Below the pieces are notes generated by a model that was not told the DNA's origin, searched no databases, and was given only the letters and a program-made list of their open reading frames with translations. The position numbers and the translations under genes were made by a program. From positions 62,001-126,000 of the IMG/VR virus record IMGVR_UViG_3300023174_000036: 64,000 nucleotides of DNA. The stretch is one strand, 5' to 3'. Below are positions 48,301 to 57,494 of the stretch, piece after piece; the first letter of the stretch is position 1, and every line of letters begins with the position of its first letter.

Positions 48301-51300
48301 CTACTGTAAAATCTCTTGAAGACATTGTATCAACAAATACAGACCCATCACTTTTTCAACCAAACATATCTGTAGCAGTTACTTTTGAAGGAACTGGATG
48401 GAATGTGTACAAATATATTGATTCTAATGTTACTGTTACTAATGTAGATTACAATAACAGTACAAAAACTTTAACTATTAAATTAAGCGAACTAGTAGAT
48501 TTTGCAGTTGGCTCTTACATAGGCATAGACCAAGTTGATTTAATAAAAGGATTTTATAAAATTCTTTCAGTATCACTGAATACATTCACAGTCTCTGCAA
48601 CAATTCCAAGTTGGGTTCCTCCATTTACGCAATCTCAGAATGTAATAATTTTTAGATTTGTTAGCCAAAGGTCAGCGGCAATGGATTTGGTTGATAATCT
48701 AACACGCCCTCCTTTGATTCCTGGTGACAAATTATGGATTGATTCTGATAGTAATAATAAATGGGCCGTGTGGGAATATTCCCCAGTATACAGTAGAAAA
48801 CTTATTCCAAACTCTAATCCTGTTGATGGTGTAAATTATGGAAAAACTATTTCTTGTACCAAACTAGGAAAAATTATTGCAATTGGTTCTAACTCTGGCG
48901 ACACAGAGATATGGGATAAATCTGGATACAATGCGCAGTGGATACAAAGACAACTTGTTACTAAACCGTTTGTCAGCTATTCGCCTAATGTATCTAAACT
49001 AGCAACGGTAGTTGCATTATCGTTTGACGGAAAATGGTTAGCTACAGGAAGTCCGCTAGCAAGCAATGCATACACAAAATTAAAAGGCAATTTTAATACT
49101 AATACTGCATATGTTACAGATGATATTGTATACCTAGGCAACAGCGGTGCATATACTGGATTTTATCAAGCACTACAAAACAATACCAATAGTACAATGC
49201 CACGTCCAGATGGTGTTGCGGGACTAATACCCAATGTATCATCTTGGAAAAAAATAAAATATGTTTCCACAATACTTGGTGGAACATCTAGCAATTTAAC
49301 AGAGCAAGGTGTTATTAGTCTTTATAGCAAAGATGCTAATAATATTTTTACACTTGTTGACACAATCATAAGTCCGTTCCCAACCAATAATGAAAAATTT
49401 GGTTCTCAATTAGCATTTGCTAACGACATCTTATATATTTCAGCAGTTGGATATAATAGTAATGCCGGTCGTGTTTATAAATTAAAACATTCAGTGGATG
49501 TTCAAGCAACTACATATTATAATCCTGTTGGCAGTTTAGGTACTACATTAAAAGTTACTTCTACAGTAGGAGTTTTACCTGGCATGCTGATTACTGGTGT
49601 TGGATTCACTTCTGGCCAAATTGTATCTTCTGTAACAGATTCAACAACACTGACAATTTCACAACGACCAGATATAACACCTACAGGTCTAATTAAATTT
49701 TCAACTGTGGGTTGGGGATTTGATCTATCGGCAACTTTATCTGGAGATGTTGCAAATCGAAATTTTGGATCAGGCATAGTAGCAACTGACGACGACAGTA
49801 CGTTAGTAGTTACTGCCAATAACGATTCTTTATCTGGACAAATTAAAATTTATAGATCAGGAACACTATCTCAAACTATAACAGGAAACAATTTAAATTT
49901 TGGAAAGAGTGTTGATATTTCTGATAATGCAGACTACTTGGTAATTTCTGATAGTTTAGCAGATAATGAAAAACCTAAAGCAGGTACAGTAAATGTTTAT
50001 AAATTCACAGCATCTGTATTTGTGCAATATCAAACATTGAAAAATCACAAACCAGAAAATTCAGGATACTTTGGAAGTAAAGTTGCATTTATAGATGATT
50101 ATAAAACTATTGTGATTTATAGTTCTGATGAAGATACTGTTCTAAAAACTATCTTTGACGAAAACGAAACAATTTTTGATAAAAATTCTACTAATGTATC
50201 ACAACTGGCAACTGAGTCTGGCCGTGTTGATGTGTACGACATGTACGAAACAAAATGGATTTATAGTGAAACTTTAGAAAATTTACAGACAGCCGGCGCA
50301 GGATTTGGACAAAGTATTGCTACAGGCAATAATCATATTATTGTAACGGCTCCTTTTGAATTCGATCAAAATTTACAATCGGGTATAGTGATTGATTATG
50401 AGAAAAAAGAAAATACTTTTAGCTGGACAATTAAACATCAGCAAACAACTGTGCCTGATCCTTCTAAAATAAAATCTGCATTTTTATACAACAAAGCTAC
50501 TGGCGAATTAGTAAAGTACATAGATGTTATTGATTTAGCACAGGGTAAAATTGCAGGCCCGGCCAGAGAAGAAATCAAATATTCATGTTACTATGATCCT
50601 GCCACTTACTCTATTAGCAATGCCAGCGATGATGTAACAGTTGACTCTGGTGCTCCGTGGGGCAAATCACAAGTTGGTTATATCTGGTGGGATTTACGAA
50701 CTACTAAGCTAATTGATGCTTACGACAACTCTGTAGTCTATAGAAATAGCGTATGGAATTCATTGGCAGTTGGAGCAACAGTAGACTTGTATGAATGGGT
50801 TGAAAGCACATTATTACCGGCAGCATGGGATGTTCAGTCTGACACCGAAGCTGGGATTGCTAATGGTATCAGCGGTAAGAGTTTGTACGGAAATAATGTT
50901 TATTCTATCAAAGAAAGATTTGACACTGGATCTCAAACAAAGAAGTACACGTATTATTATTGGGTGAAAAATAAAAAAACTATTCCTAATATACCTAGTA
51001 GGAATTTATCGGCTAGCGATATTGCAAGTTTAATTGAGAACCCACGCGGTTCTGCTTACACATATCTTGCATTAACTGGAACAAACTCATTTAGTTTAGT
51101 AAATGCCGCAGAATATTTACAAGATTCTAATATAGTACTATCAGTAGAGTATTGGACTGTAAATAATACATCTCAAAATATCCATAGCCAGTGGAAAATT
51201 ATTAATAATGATTCTGCCACAGTAATTCCTGCACATCTTGAACAGAAATGGTTTGACAGTTTATGCGGCAAGGATGCCATAGGTAGAGATGTTCCAGATG

Positions 51301-54300
51301 CTTCGCTGGCAGAAAAACTTCGCTACGGCATAGAAAATCGACCTAGACAAAGTATGTTTATCAATAGATTTGAAGCATTGAAACAGTTGGTCGAAGAAAC
51401 CAATGCAGTGCTGTTGGAAAATCCAATTGTTGACAGTCGAAATATTGCCAACATTGACGTAAAAGAATCTGCACCTAATCTAGTATCTGGATTGTATGAT
51501 ACTACTCAAGCAACTTCGGAAGAGCTACGTTTTGTGAACGTTGGGGCTTTTAGAAGACCAGTGATAGACAGTTGTACTATTGTTGATGGTAAAATAACAG
51601 ACATCAACATTTCTTATACTGGTAGAGGATACTTAGTTGCTCCGTATATTTCAATATCAGGCAGCGGCGAAGGTGCAATAGTTAGAGCTGTATTAAGTAG
51701 TAATGGAACGGGACAAATTGTTGGAGTAACTATTATAAACTCAGGAGAAGGGTATGATGACAATACCGTTGCAACTGTTCGAGATTATTCTGCATTAGTA
51801 ATAAATGATTCAGGAGCTCGAGGTGTTTGGAGTATATACTCGTATGATCCAGATGGAAAACTTTGGTCTAGAACAAAATCTCAATCGTACGACGTAACTG
51901 CATACTGGAAGAAAACTGATTGGTTTGCATCCGGTTACAGTCAATTCACTGCAATTGATCATGCAGTAGATATGGTTTCGGATTTAAAAACACTAAATGA
52001 CACTGTTGGACAAATTATCAAAGTTCGAACAACTACCACAGGTTGGTCATTATTAGAAAAAATATCCAACATAGAGTCGTTTGATTATACACAAATGTAC
52101 AAAGTGATTGGTTTGGAAAACGGCACAATACAATTAAGCTCCGCACTGTATCAGTCGTCAACCGTTAGTACAGGATACGATGGAACAACGTATGATGGAA
52201 TCGCATTTGATAATAATCCTAATTTAGAACTTAGAATTATTTTAGAATCTTTAAAGAACGATATTTTTACTGATGACTTGAAAATAAAATATTTAAATCT
52301 ATTTTTTACAACAGTAAGATATGCATTAAGCGAACAAGTTTATTTAGATTGGATATTTAAGACAAGTTTCATTAAAGCACGTCACAATGTTGGAGAACTG
52401 TCAACTCCGGTAACATACAACAACGATAATTTGTCAAACTTTCAAGATTATATAAATGAGGTAAAACCATTTAAATCTAAAATTAGAGAATATGTTAGTG
52501 GTTATCAGTTGGTAGATCCAACTCCTACTATGGTTTCAGATTTTGACTTGCCGCCTATATATAGAAATAATGCGATAACAACAATTGCTACAAATGCAAC
52601 TCGAGGAGTTATAACAGCAGACGATGCTACTATTAGACAATATCCTTGGAAAAACTGGTTAGACAATGTTGGATTTATTGTAACAGATATAAAAATTATC
52701 AATGGAGGATCTGGTTATATCGGAGAACCTGTTGTAAAAATTACAAATGATTCTGGAAGTGGCGCAACTGCTAGAGCATTTTTTACAAATGGAGTAATTA
52801 ATCGAATTATTCTACTTACTCACGGTACCGGATACCTATCAGCACCAACTGTGACACTTACAGGTGGATTGTCTCCAACTGGTGTTGCGGCTCGTGCAGT
52901 TGCAATTATTGGAAATAGTGTATCGTCTTCTGAACATCACGGTGTTATTAGATCCAGTTTAATTAAAATAAAATTTGATAGAATATCAAGTTCTTATTTC
53001 TTTGTTAACCTAGAAGAAACTGAGTTTATTAACACTACTGGAAATTTACAATATAAACTAACGTATGCGCCGGATGTTATCATCGGGGCCGCAACAGTTA
53101 CAATTAACAATATTCCAGTATTGCGAGAAAACTATAAATTAACAACAGTTACAACAACAACTGATTATACTAAGTATTCAGGATTGATAACATTTGTGCC
53201 AGGTACGCAACCAAAGTCTGGACAAGTGCTTAAAATTGTTTATCTAAAGAATCAATCTTTGTTAAATGCTGCCGATAGAATACATCATTATTACAATCCA
53301 CAAGACGGTGATATTGGTAATGATTTATCGCAATTAATGACTGGAGTGGACTACGGTGGAGTAATAATACAAGGTCTTGGATTTGACATCAGTGCAGGTT
53401 GGGGAACAACGCCTTGGTTCACGGACAAGTGGGATAGTTTTGATCCGTTATTCGACGACTACATACTAACTGTAGCAGCCAATACACATTCTTTTACATT
53501 GCCGTATACTCCTTCCGTGGGAACTAAAATTAATACGTATTATGTAGGTTTAAATTTAACTACAATACCAGTAGTGACTAATACATTGATTTATCCGTAC
53601 ACTTACATTGGAACAAATCCCACAGCAACATTGGTAAGAAATGCAACAGCAGGAGGAACATCAGCAAATTATATTCCAGTGGGAGCTTATGATCCAACTT
53701 CAGTTATTATAAAAGTAGCAAGTGTTACTGGCATATTGCCAGGGATGTCTGTACTAGGTGTAGGTTTTACTTCAAAACAAATTGTATTGTTAACTAATCC
53801 TACATATAACACAGTTACATTAAGTGCTCCGCCAAATGTACAACCTAACGGTACTTTGTATTTCACTAAGAGTGTTGCAGGATCTACCACATTATCGTTA
53901 AGCAGTACAATTGGATTAAAAGTTGGTGATAAGGTATCTACATCTTCCGCACCTTCTTTTGGTGTTGACACTGTAATTAAAACGATTCTAAACAGCACAG
54001 AAATTTTGTTGAATCAAATAATTTATGTTACAGTTCCAACAGCGGCAACTCTTGTGTTCACTAGACCTTTAAACAAATATACTGACATAACTATTTCTAA
54101 TGGATTTGTAAACTTAACGAATTCCTTAACTTCTGGAAGTGTTATCAATATTACCAGCACGTTACCAAGTGTTAAATTAGACGACGAAAATTTTGGAACA
54201 CCTCAGCAAACTAATACCAGCGCAATCGTATCTACGTTTGTTGGCAACGGCAATTCAAACATTATAACTATTCCTAATACTTTTACAGTATCAGCTGGCG

Positions 54301-56807
54301 ACAAATTTATACTTCGAAAGAGTACCAGCGATGGATCAATTGTTCCCCAGGATATTGATTACGACTCATTGGTTACCGGTGGCGATATGAATTATGCCAC
54401 TGCTTCAGGTCTAAATGCAGATGATATCTTAATTGACGGCGATGGATTTGTAACCCCAACTAGTAGCCCTGCTCCTGAAGAAGTAGTGCCTGGGCAAGTG
54501 GTTGATGCAGTTGCTATCAAAGTATACGATCAGCCAAATTCTGGAGCCGCTAATATTAAAGTTGACAATTTTGTTGGAGATGGGTTAACACGAACATTCA
54601 AAATGTCTCAAACGCCAAACAGCGCAGAATCAATTGTTGTTAAAAAATCTAATATTATTTTAAATTCAGATCAATACACAATTGATTATAGAAATAGAGA
54701 AATATCATTAACATCAACTCCACCAATCGGGGAAATAGTAAGCATTTATAACATAGGATTTAACGGCAATAATATCTTAGATATTGATTATTTTGTTTCC
54801 GACGGAACAACAACTGAATTTATTACTAAAGCTCCTTGGTTATCAGCAGTGACTAGTATTGTTTATATAGATGGTGTTGTTGCAACTCCTGAATTGTTCC
54901 AAACAGATGCAAGTTATGAAACTGCAAATCGTGTTGCACTACGATTTGAATCAGCACCTGCTAATAATGCATTGATAAATTATGTTATTGTTTCAGGCAA
55001 CCAAAAAACATTTGCAATAACTAAAAAAGAAAAAATTGTTACTACAGGAACAAACACTTACACACTGGCATTCCCAGTGGGAAATAATTTACCTGCTGAA
55101 GCAAACATGATTGTTAGAGTAAATCAAAACATTTTACCTTCACCTATCAGCAGTTATTTTACAATAAAAAATAATAAATTATCTTATAAAGTTGATCCAA
55201 CAAGGATAGTTCCGTATTCTACTCCTATTACAAATATTTTGGTCATTGTTGGGACAACAGTTCTAAAGTTGGGAACCGATTATACTGTAGATCCAGGTGG
55301 CTTAACTATCAAAATAAACAAGATAACTTATGCAACTTATGTTAATAAAACATTAATAGTGACAGTAAACAGCTCGCAAGGTTACCTGTATAACCCAACT
55401 AATAATACCATTGTGTTTTCGCAATCGTATACCAGTGCAGATGTAGTTGAGGTTATTAGTTCTTATAATCATGACATATTAGATTTGCAAAGAACTGCAA
55501 TCACAATCAGTACTAATTTATCAATAACTCAAAATTCAACAGAGTACTACACTTATAAAGAAGCGTTATCTGGATTGATTGCACTTGACAGAACTGTGAT
55601 TTCTGATGAATACATATGGGTCATAAAGAATAATACACTACTAACACCGTCAGTAGACTACAAATTGAACGACAACAAACAAAGTATTCAACTTGCAACT
55701 ACACCTGCTATTAGTGATGTGTTCACATTGATTACATTTGGTAATAATGTTTTAGGATCAACAATATCTTATATGCAATTTAAAGACATGTTGAATCGTG
55801 TGCATTACAAACGATTAAGTAGAAATAAACAAACACGATTGATGCAACCTTTAAAATTCAATGATACCAGCATAGTGGTTGATGATGCAAGCAATTTTGA
55901 TGCTCCAAATCCTTCTATTAATCGTCCAGGTATTATTGAGATTCGTGGCGAGCGCATAGAATATTTTGGTCTAACAGGGAATACATTAAGCAAGTTACGC
56001 CGCGGCACATTAGGTACTGGTGTACCAACATTGCACAAAATTGGAACTTTGGTACAAGATATAGGACCATCGGAAACATTGCCTTATACTGAATCCTCTG
56101 TAATACAGCAAATAGAATCTGACGGTTCGTCTGTTATCAACTTAAATTTTGTTCCTACAAAAGTAGTAGAAACAGCCGTTAATTTTACAATAGGCCGCCA
56201 ATATAAAATTGTTACTCTGGGAACAACAGATTGGAATAAAGTTGCCAACACAACAGGAGTGTTGTATGCTGTTGGCAGTACAGTGACCATAGCTAAATCA
56301 GCAACAGGTACGGGCACAGCAATATCTACATCTTATGGCCAGAGTGATGAAATAGAAGTGTTTATTGGCGGTTATAATATTGATACAGTTTGGACTTCCA
56401 ACGTAGCTTATGCAGTTGGTGCAATAGTTATTTCAGGTAGCTATACATATCAAGCAACCGTTGCGCATACCAGTAAGGCAAACTTTAAACAAGATTACGA
56501 TTTGGGTTATTGGAAGTTATTTGTTGGCAACACTCGATTAAAGAAAACGCCTTACATAGTACACCACGAATTGCAAAGTTCAGTGGAATCGCTAAATCCT
56601 AGCAATTTTGATCAACTCATGGCTGCTGAATTCACCGTGGACGGTATTTCTGCGGCTGTTCAACTAACAACACCTGTTGATATAGGAGTCAAAGTAACTG
56701 TTGTTAAGAGAATGGGTACAGATTGGGACAGCAAGTTAAATATACAATACGATTCGGGTGCTATAACTGAATTTTTAAAAGCAACTCCGGGTATTTGGTA
56801 TTCATAA
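42339..56807 (+). CDS. Giant multi-domain baseplate/virion protein (4822 aa; gp7 positional analogue)
   Basis: Uninterrupted 14.5-kb ORF, TAATG-coupled to gp6; contains W..Y..G.IV.Y repeats, FG-GAP/beta-propeller-like repeats and G.GY...P repeats. Confidence 0.8.
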   Translation: MTDFTNPSGSKGLSVNLIPNFFKTDANKRFLQATVDQLVAPGTVKKVNGFVGRPYSKSTSGTDLFIEAPNLVRQNYQLEPALTVQDTLGNNTFFKDYIDYINQLSVFGANVSNHDRLNKQEFYSWNPHIDWDKFVNFQNYYWLSYGPETIKIFGQQLTAQSTYKIALEYQGQNNQYVFTPDGLTPNPVIKLYRGQTYKFIISSPSNPISIKTARSTGIDDRYEIPGIDSYGVESGVITMTIPVNSPNVLYYQSETDVNLGGLFEIYNIDENSSINIKSEILGKVNYTLSDGTALSNGMKVSFGGQVSPAEYATGEYYVEGVGTAIQLIEKSILEISTTYTESETLLFDSNPFDIDAFSDSTGFAKTLDYMVINRASRDHNPWSRYNRWFHKDVINASASFNKTIASLDQSLRAVRPIIEFNADLKLFNFGTDAIFDIDLVDSFTTDAFSTIEGSLGYSIDGISLSEGQKILFLSDTDRLVKNKIFKVEFIDVKHLSANSRQIHLVELHSPADNEVVLVKQGIANQGLMYWFTGTTWISAQQKTNTNQFPLFDVVDATGTSFSNIDKYDGTTFKGTYLFSYRVNPTGISDSNLGFALSYRNIENIGDIVFDFNFDTDVFSYRESVNIITVPVNTGYLSTKDYAGNTIYKNAWETCTAPNTQAGIRIYKNSNKTNNFKLDIFDNISDLKDLVVRVYINGKRLATDHWSVVDAPDYKTIKLKADILKTDVLTIKTYASQPINSNGFYEIPLNLQHNPLNSGLTTLTLGEVIDHVDSIVDNIYAADAGNIEGNNYDVKSDFTKTLTFIGTFPGASNLRDLGNITPYGTKFVQHSSPSSISLYHITTETNNVIRAIQESRDKYIQFKKNFLAVALNLGIETTPSKQVDLILEQINKDKSKTDPYYFSDMVPYRAGVKTNITVVDPRIKTYPLKTNFILDTLSNKAVIVYVNDLQLIYQADYYFNEQGFVVINHTLVENDTISIVEYDSTDGSFIPETPTKLGMWPKYKPMLYLDTTLVTPRWMIQGHDGSHVLAYGTYGASGVADYRDAIILELEKRIFNNIKVEYNTEIFDIAELVPSYNRPGDYSRKEFDQVLAPSFYQWASLVDRDFTKPLSFDRNNPFTFKYNSFSTPDGQETPGYWRGIYQWIYDTDRPNICPWEMLGFSIEPLWWKTLYGPAPYTSDNLVMWKDISEGFIRNPNAPAVQTKKYIKPFLLKHLPVDATGNLVNPLVSGFISGTITAHSQTDFVFGDGSPVETAWRRSSHYAFSVILTAILLKPSDTFGKLLDRSRITRNLCGQLIYNETGLRIKSEVVKFPSIYSSTERVQTSGIINYIINYILSDNLKSYDTYAYDLTYINTKLSHRVGAFTSKEKFKLLLDSKSPLSTSSVFVPPEDYTVILNSSSPIKKLTYSGVIVSKLADGYEIKGYSRSTPYFKYYQYQQSGITINIGGISENFVAWTANERYGLGQVVKYNNQYFRSLVTHTTSGTFSDSYYEALPRLPIIGGRDAVIRKSWDKSIINTSPYGTKFEKIQDVVDFLLGYGEWLKDEGFIFDEFNPILNAVTNWETSVKEFLFWTTQNWSTGEDKWAEWTPGMRMTYGDIVRYNGDYFKANKNSTASVFLETDFTKLDGLNNNGGSAISLSPAAAKLTFKTELSVIDDIRNPFNGYEIFKVDGTPLEPTFINSYREDNAVSYSPRGEDGIYGATFYLIQQEHVVLLNNVTIFNDTIFKPETGYKQDRIKVAGYVSTNWYGGLDIPGFILDVAKIQNWTPWEDYDLGDIVKYKQFYYTASRFLPGAVSFVNEDWILLDKKPVTQLLPNWTYKAEQFTDFYSLDSDNFDTAQQQLAQHLIGYQKRQYLTNIIKDDVSEFKFYQGMIREKGTQNSLNKLFDVKSALGEESLKFYEEWAIRTGQYGASEAFEAIEFVLEESKMRSNPQGFYLSENFDDPNDFIITYNSSQVYLKPVGYTSNPWPVLTQYRPYLRSAGYFRSDEVYTTVKSLEDIVSTNTDPSLFQPNISVAVTFEGTGWNVYKYIDSNVTVTNVDYNNSTKTLTIKLSELVDFAVGSYIGIDQVDLIKGFYKILSVSLNTFTVSATIPSWVPPFTQSQNVIIFRFVSQRSAAMDLVDNLTRPPLIPGDKLWIDSDSNNKWAVWEYSPVYSRKLIPNSNPVDGVNYGKTISCTKLGKIIAIGSNSGDTEIWDKSGYNAQWIQRQLVTKPFVSYSPNVSKLATVVALSFDGKWLATGSPLASNAYTKLKGNFNTNTAYVTDDIVYLGNSGAYTGFYQALQNNTNSTMPRPDGVAGLIPNVSSWKKIKYVSTILGGTSSNLTEQGVISLYSKDANNIFTLVDTIISPFPTNNEKFGSQLAFANDILYISAVGYNSNAGRVYKLKHSVDVQATTYYNPVGSLGTTLKVTSTVGVLPGMLITGVGFTSGQIVSSVTDSTTLTISQRPDITPTGLIKFSTVGWGFDLSATLSGDVANRNFGSGIVATDDDSTLVVTANNDSLSGQIKIYRSGTLSQTITGNNLNFGKSVDISDNADYLVISDSLADNEKPKAGTVNVYKFTASVFVQYQTLKNHKPENSGYFGSKVAFIDDYKTIVIYSSDEDTVLKTIFDENETIFDKNSTNVSQLATESGRVDVYDMYETKWIYSETLENLQTAGAGFGQSIATGNNHIIVTAPFEFDQNLQSGIVIDYEKKENTFSWTIKHQQTTVPDPSKIKSAFLYNKATGELVKYIDVIDLAQGKIAGPAREEIKYSCYYDPATYSISNASDDVTVDSGAPWGKSQVGYIWWDLRTTKLIDAYDNSVVYRNSVWNSLAVGATVDLYEWVESTLLPAAWDVQSDTEAGIANGISGKSLYGNNVYSIKERFDTGSQTKKYTYYYWVKNKKTIPNIPSRNLSASDIASLIENPRGSAYTYLALTGTNSFSLVNAAEYLQDSNIVLSVEYWTVNNTSQNIHSQWKIINNDSATVIPAHLEQKWFDSLCGKDAIGRDVPDASLAEKLRYGIENRPRQSMFINRFEALKQLVEETNAVLLENPIVDSRNIANIDVKESAPNLVSGLYDTTQATSEELRFVNVGAFRRPVIDSCTIVDGKITDINISYTGRGYLVAPYISISGSGEGAIVRAVLSSNGTGQIVGVTIINSGEGYDDNTVATVRDYSALVINDSGARGVWSIYSYDPDGKLWSRTKSQSYDVTAYWKKTDWFASGYSQFTAIDHAVDMVSDLKTLNDTVGQIIKVRTTTTGWSLLEKISNIESFDYTQMYKVIGLENGTIQLSSALYQSSTVSTGYDGTTYDGIAFDNNPNLELRIILESLKNDIFTDDLKIKYLNLFFTTVRYALSEQVYLDWIFKTSFIKARHNVGELSTPVTYNNDNLSNFQDYINEVKPFKSKIREYVSGYQLVDPTPTMVSDFDLPPIYRNNAITTIATNATRGVITADDATIRQYPWKNWLDNVGFIVTDIKIINGGSGYIGEPVVKITNDSGSGATARAFFTNGVINRIILLTHGTGYLSAPTVTLTGGLSPTGVAARAVAIIGNSVSSSEHHGVIRSSLIKIKFDRISSSYFFVNLEETEFINTTGNLQYKLTYAPDVIIGAATVTINNIPVLRENYKLTTVTTTTDYTKYSGLITFVPGTQPKSGQVLKIVYLKNQSLLNAADRIHHYYNPQDGDIGNDLSQLMTGVDYGGVIIQGLGFDISAGWGTTPWFTDKWDSFDPLFDDYILTVAANTHSFTLPYTPSVGTKINTYYVGLNLTTIPVVTNTLIYPYTYIGTNPTATLVRNATAGGTSANYIPVGAYDPTSVIIKVASVTGILPGMSVLGVGFTSKQIVLLTNPTYNTVTLSAPPNVQPNGTLYFTKSVAGSTTLSLSSTIGLKVGDKVSTSSAPSFGVDTVIKTILNSTEILLNQIIYVTVPTAATLVFTRPLNKYTDITISNGFVNLTNSLTSGSVINITSTLPSVKLDDENFGTPQQTNTSAIVSTFVGNGNSNIITIPNTFTVSAGDKFILRKSTSDGSIVPQDIDYDSLVTGGDMNYATASGLNADDILIDGDGFVTPTSSPAPEEVVPGQVVDAVAIKVYDQPNSGAANIKVDNFVGDGLTRTFKMSQTPNSAESIVVKKSNIILNSDQYTIDYRNREISLTSTPPIGEIVSIYNIGFNGNNILDIDYFVSDGTTTEFITKAPWLSAVTSIVYIDGVVATPELFQTDASYETANRVALRFESAPANNALINYVIVSGNQKTFAITKKEKIVTTGTNTYTLAFPVGNNLPAEANMIVRVNQNILPSPISSYFTIKNNKLSYKVDPTRIVPYSTPITNILVIVGTTVLKLGTDYTVDPGGLTIKINKITYATYVNKTLIVTVNSSQGYLYNPTNNTIVFSQSYTSADVVEVISSYNHDILDLQRTAITISTNLSITQNSTEYYTYKEALSGLIALDRTVISDEYIWVIKNNTLLTPSVDYKLNDNKQSIQLATTPAISDVFTLITFGNNVLGSTISYMQFKDMLNRVHYKRLSRNKQTRLMQPLKFNDTSIVVDDASNFDAPNPSINRPGIIEIRGERIEYFGLTGNTLSKLRRGTLGTGVPTLHKIGTLVQDIGPSETLPYTESSVIQQIESDGSSVINLNFVPTKVVETAVNFTIGRQYKIVTLGTTDWNKVANTTGVLYAVGSTVTIAKSATGTGTAISTSYGQSDEIEVFIGGYNIDTVWTSNVAYAVGAIVISGSYTYQATVAHTSKANFKQDYDLGYWKLFVGNTRLKKTPYIVHHELQSSVESLNPSNFDQLMAAEFTVDGISAAVQLTTPVDIGVKVTVVKRMGTDWDSKLNIQYDSGAITEFLKATPGIWYS

Positions 56808-56848
56808 ATTCAATACTTATAACATTAAACTAGCAGATAATAATACTT

Positions 56849-56856
56849 GATAAATA
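56849..56856 (+). promoter_or_regulatory. Late promoter core (GATAAATA)
   Basis: Lies 21 nt upstream of the ATG at 56877. Confidence 0.6.
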
Positions 56857-56876
56857 CAATATAAAGAGAGTCTACT

Positions 56877-57491
56877 ATGCAGAGTCAAGAAACAACTGGA
56901 ATCCACATTGAAGGGCATATTAAAATATGGGACCCTGAGTCTAAAACCGTCTATATTAACAAGCGTAATGCTATTCATTATGAAAACATCAGCATAGCAT
57001 TGGCTAACAGTATAGCAAACAGCGGTAACGGATTTGTGTACGAGATGGCATTTGGTAACGGCGGAACTGCCATTGACCCAACTGGCATTATCACATACTT
57101 AACTTCAAACAGTTCGGGATCTAATGCTAGTTTATACAATCAAACTTTCCAGAAAGTAGTTAATCAAAATTCCGTTAATAACAAAGACCCCAGCAGAAAC
57201 TTCATTGAAGTTAGACACGTTACTGGCACAAACTATACAGATGTATTTGTAACCTGTTTATTAGACTATGGCGATGGAAACACTTCGGGACAGCAGGCCT
57301 TTGATAACACAACAGATGCAAACGGTTCATTTGTGTTTGATGAACTAGGTTTAAAATCTTACAGTGCCAGTGGATCTAGTTTGTTGTTGACACATGTGAT
57401 TTTTCACCCTGTACAGAAATCTTTAAATCGACTAATTCAAATTGATTACACTGTGCGTATACAAAGTTTGACTGGCATTGTGGGAGTATAA
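56877..57491 (+). CDS. Virion/baseplate structural protein (204 aa)
   Basis: FDELGL...LLTHVIFHPVQKS...I.YT C-terminal pattern resembling fibre-attachment domains; late promoter upstream. Confidence 0.65.
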   Translation: MQSQETTGIHIEGHIKIWDPESKTVYINKRNAIHYENISIALANSIANSGNGFVYEMAFGNGGTAIDPTGIITYLTSNSSGSNASLYNQTFQKVVNQNSVNNKDPSRNFIEVRHVTGTNYTDVFVTCLLDYGDGNTSGQQAFDNTTDANGSFVFDELGLKSYSASGSSLLLTHVIFHPVQKSLNRLIQIDYTVRIQSLTGIVGV

Positions 57492-57494
57492 CAC

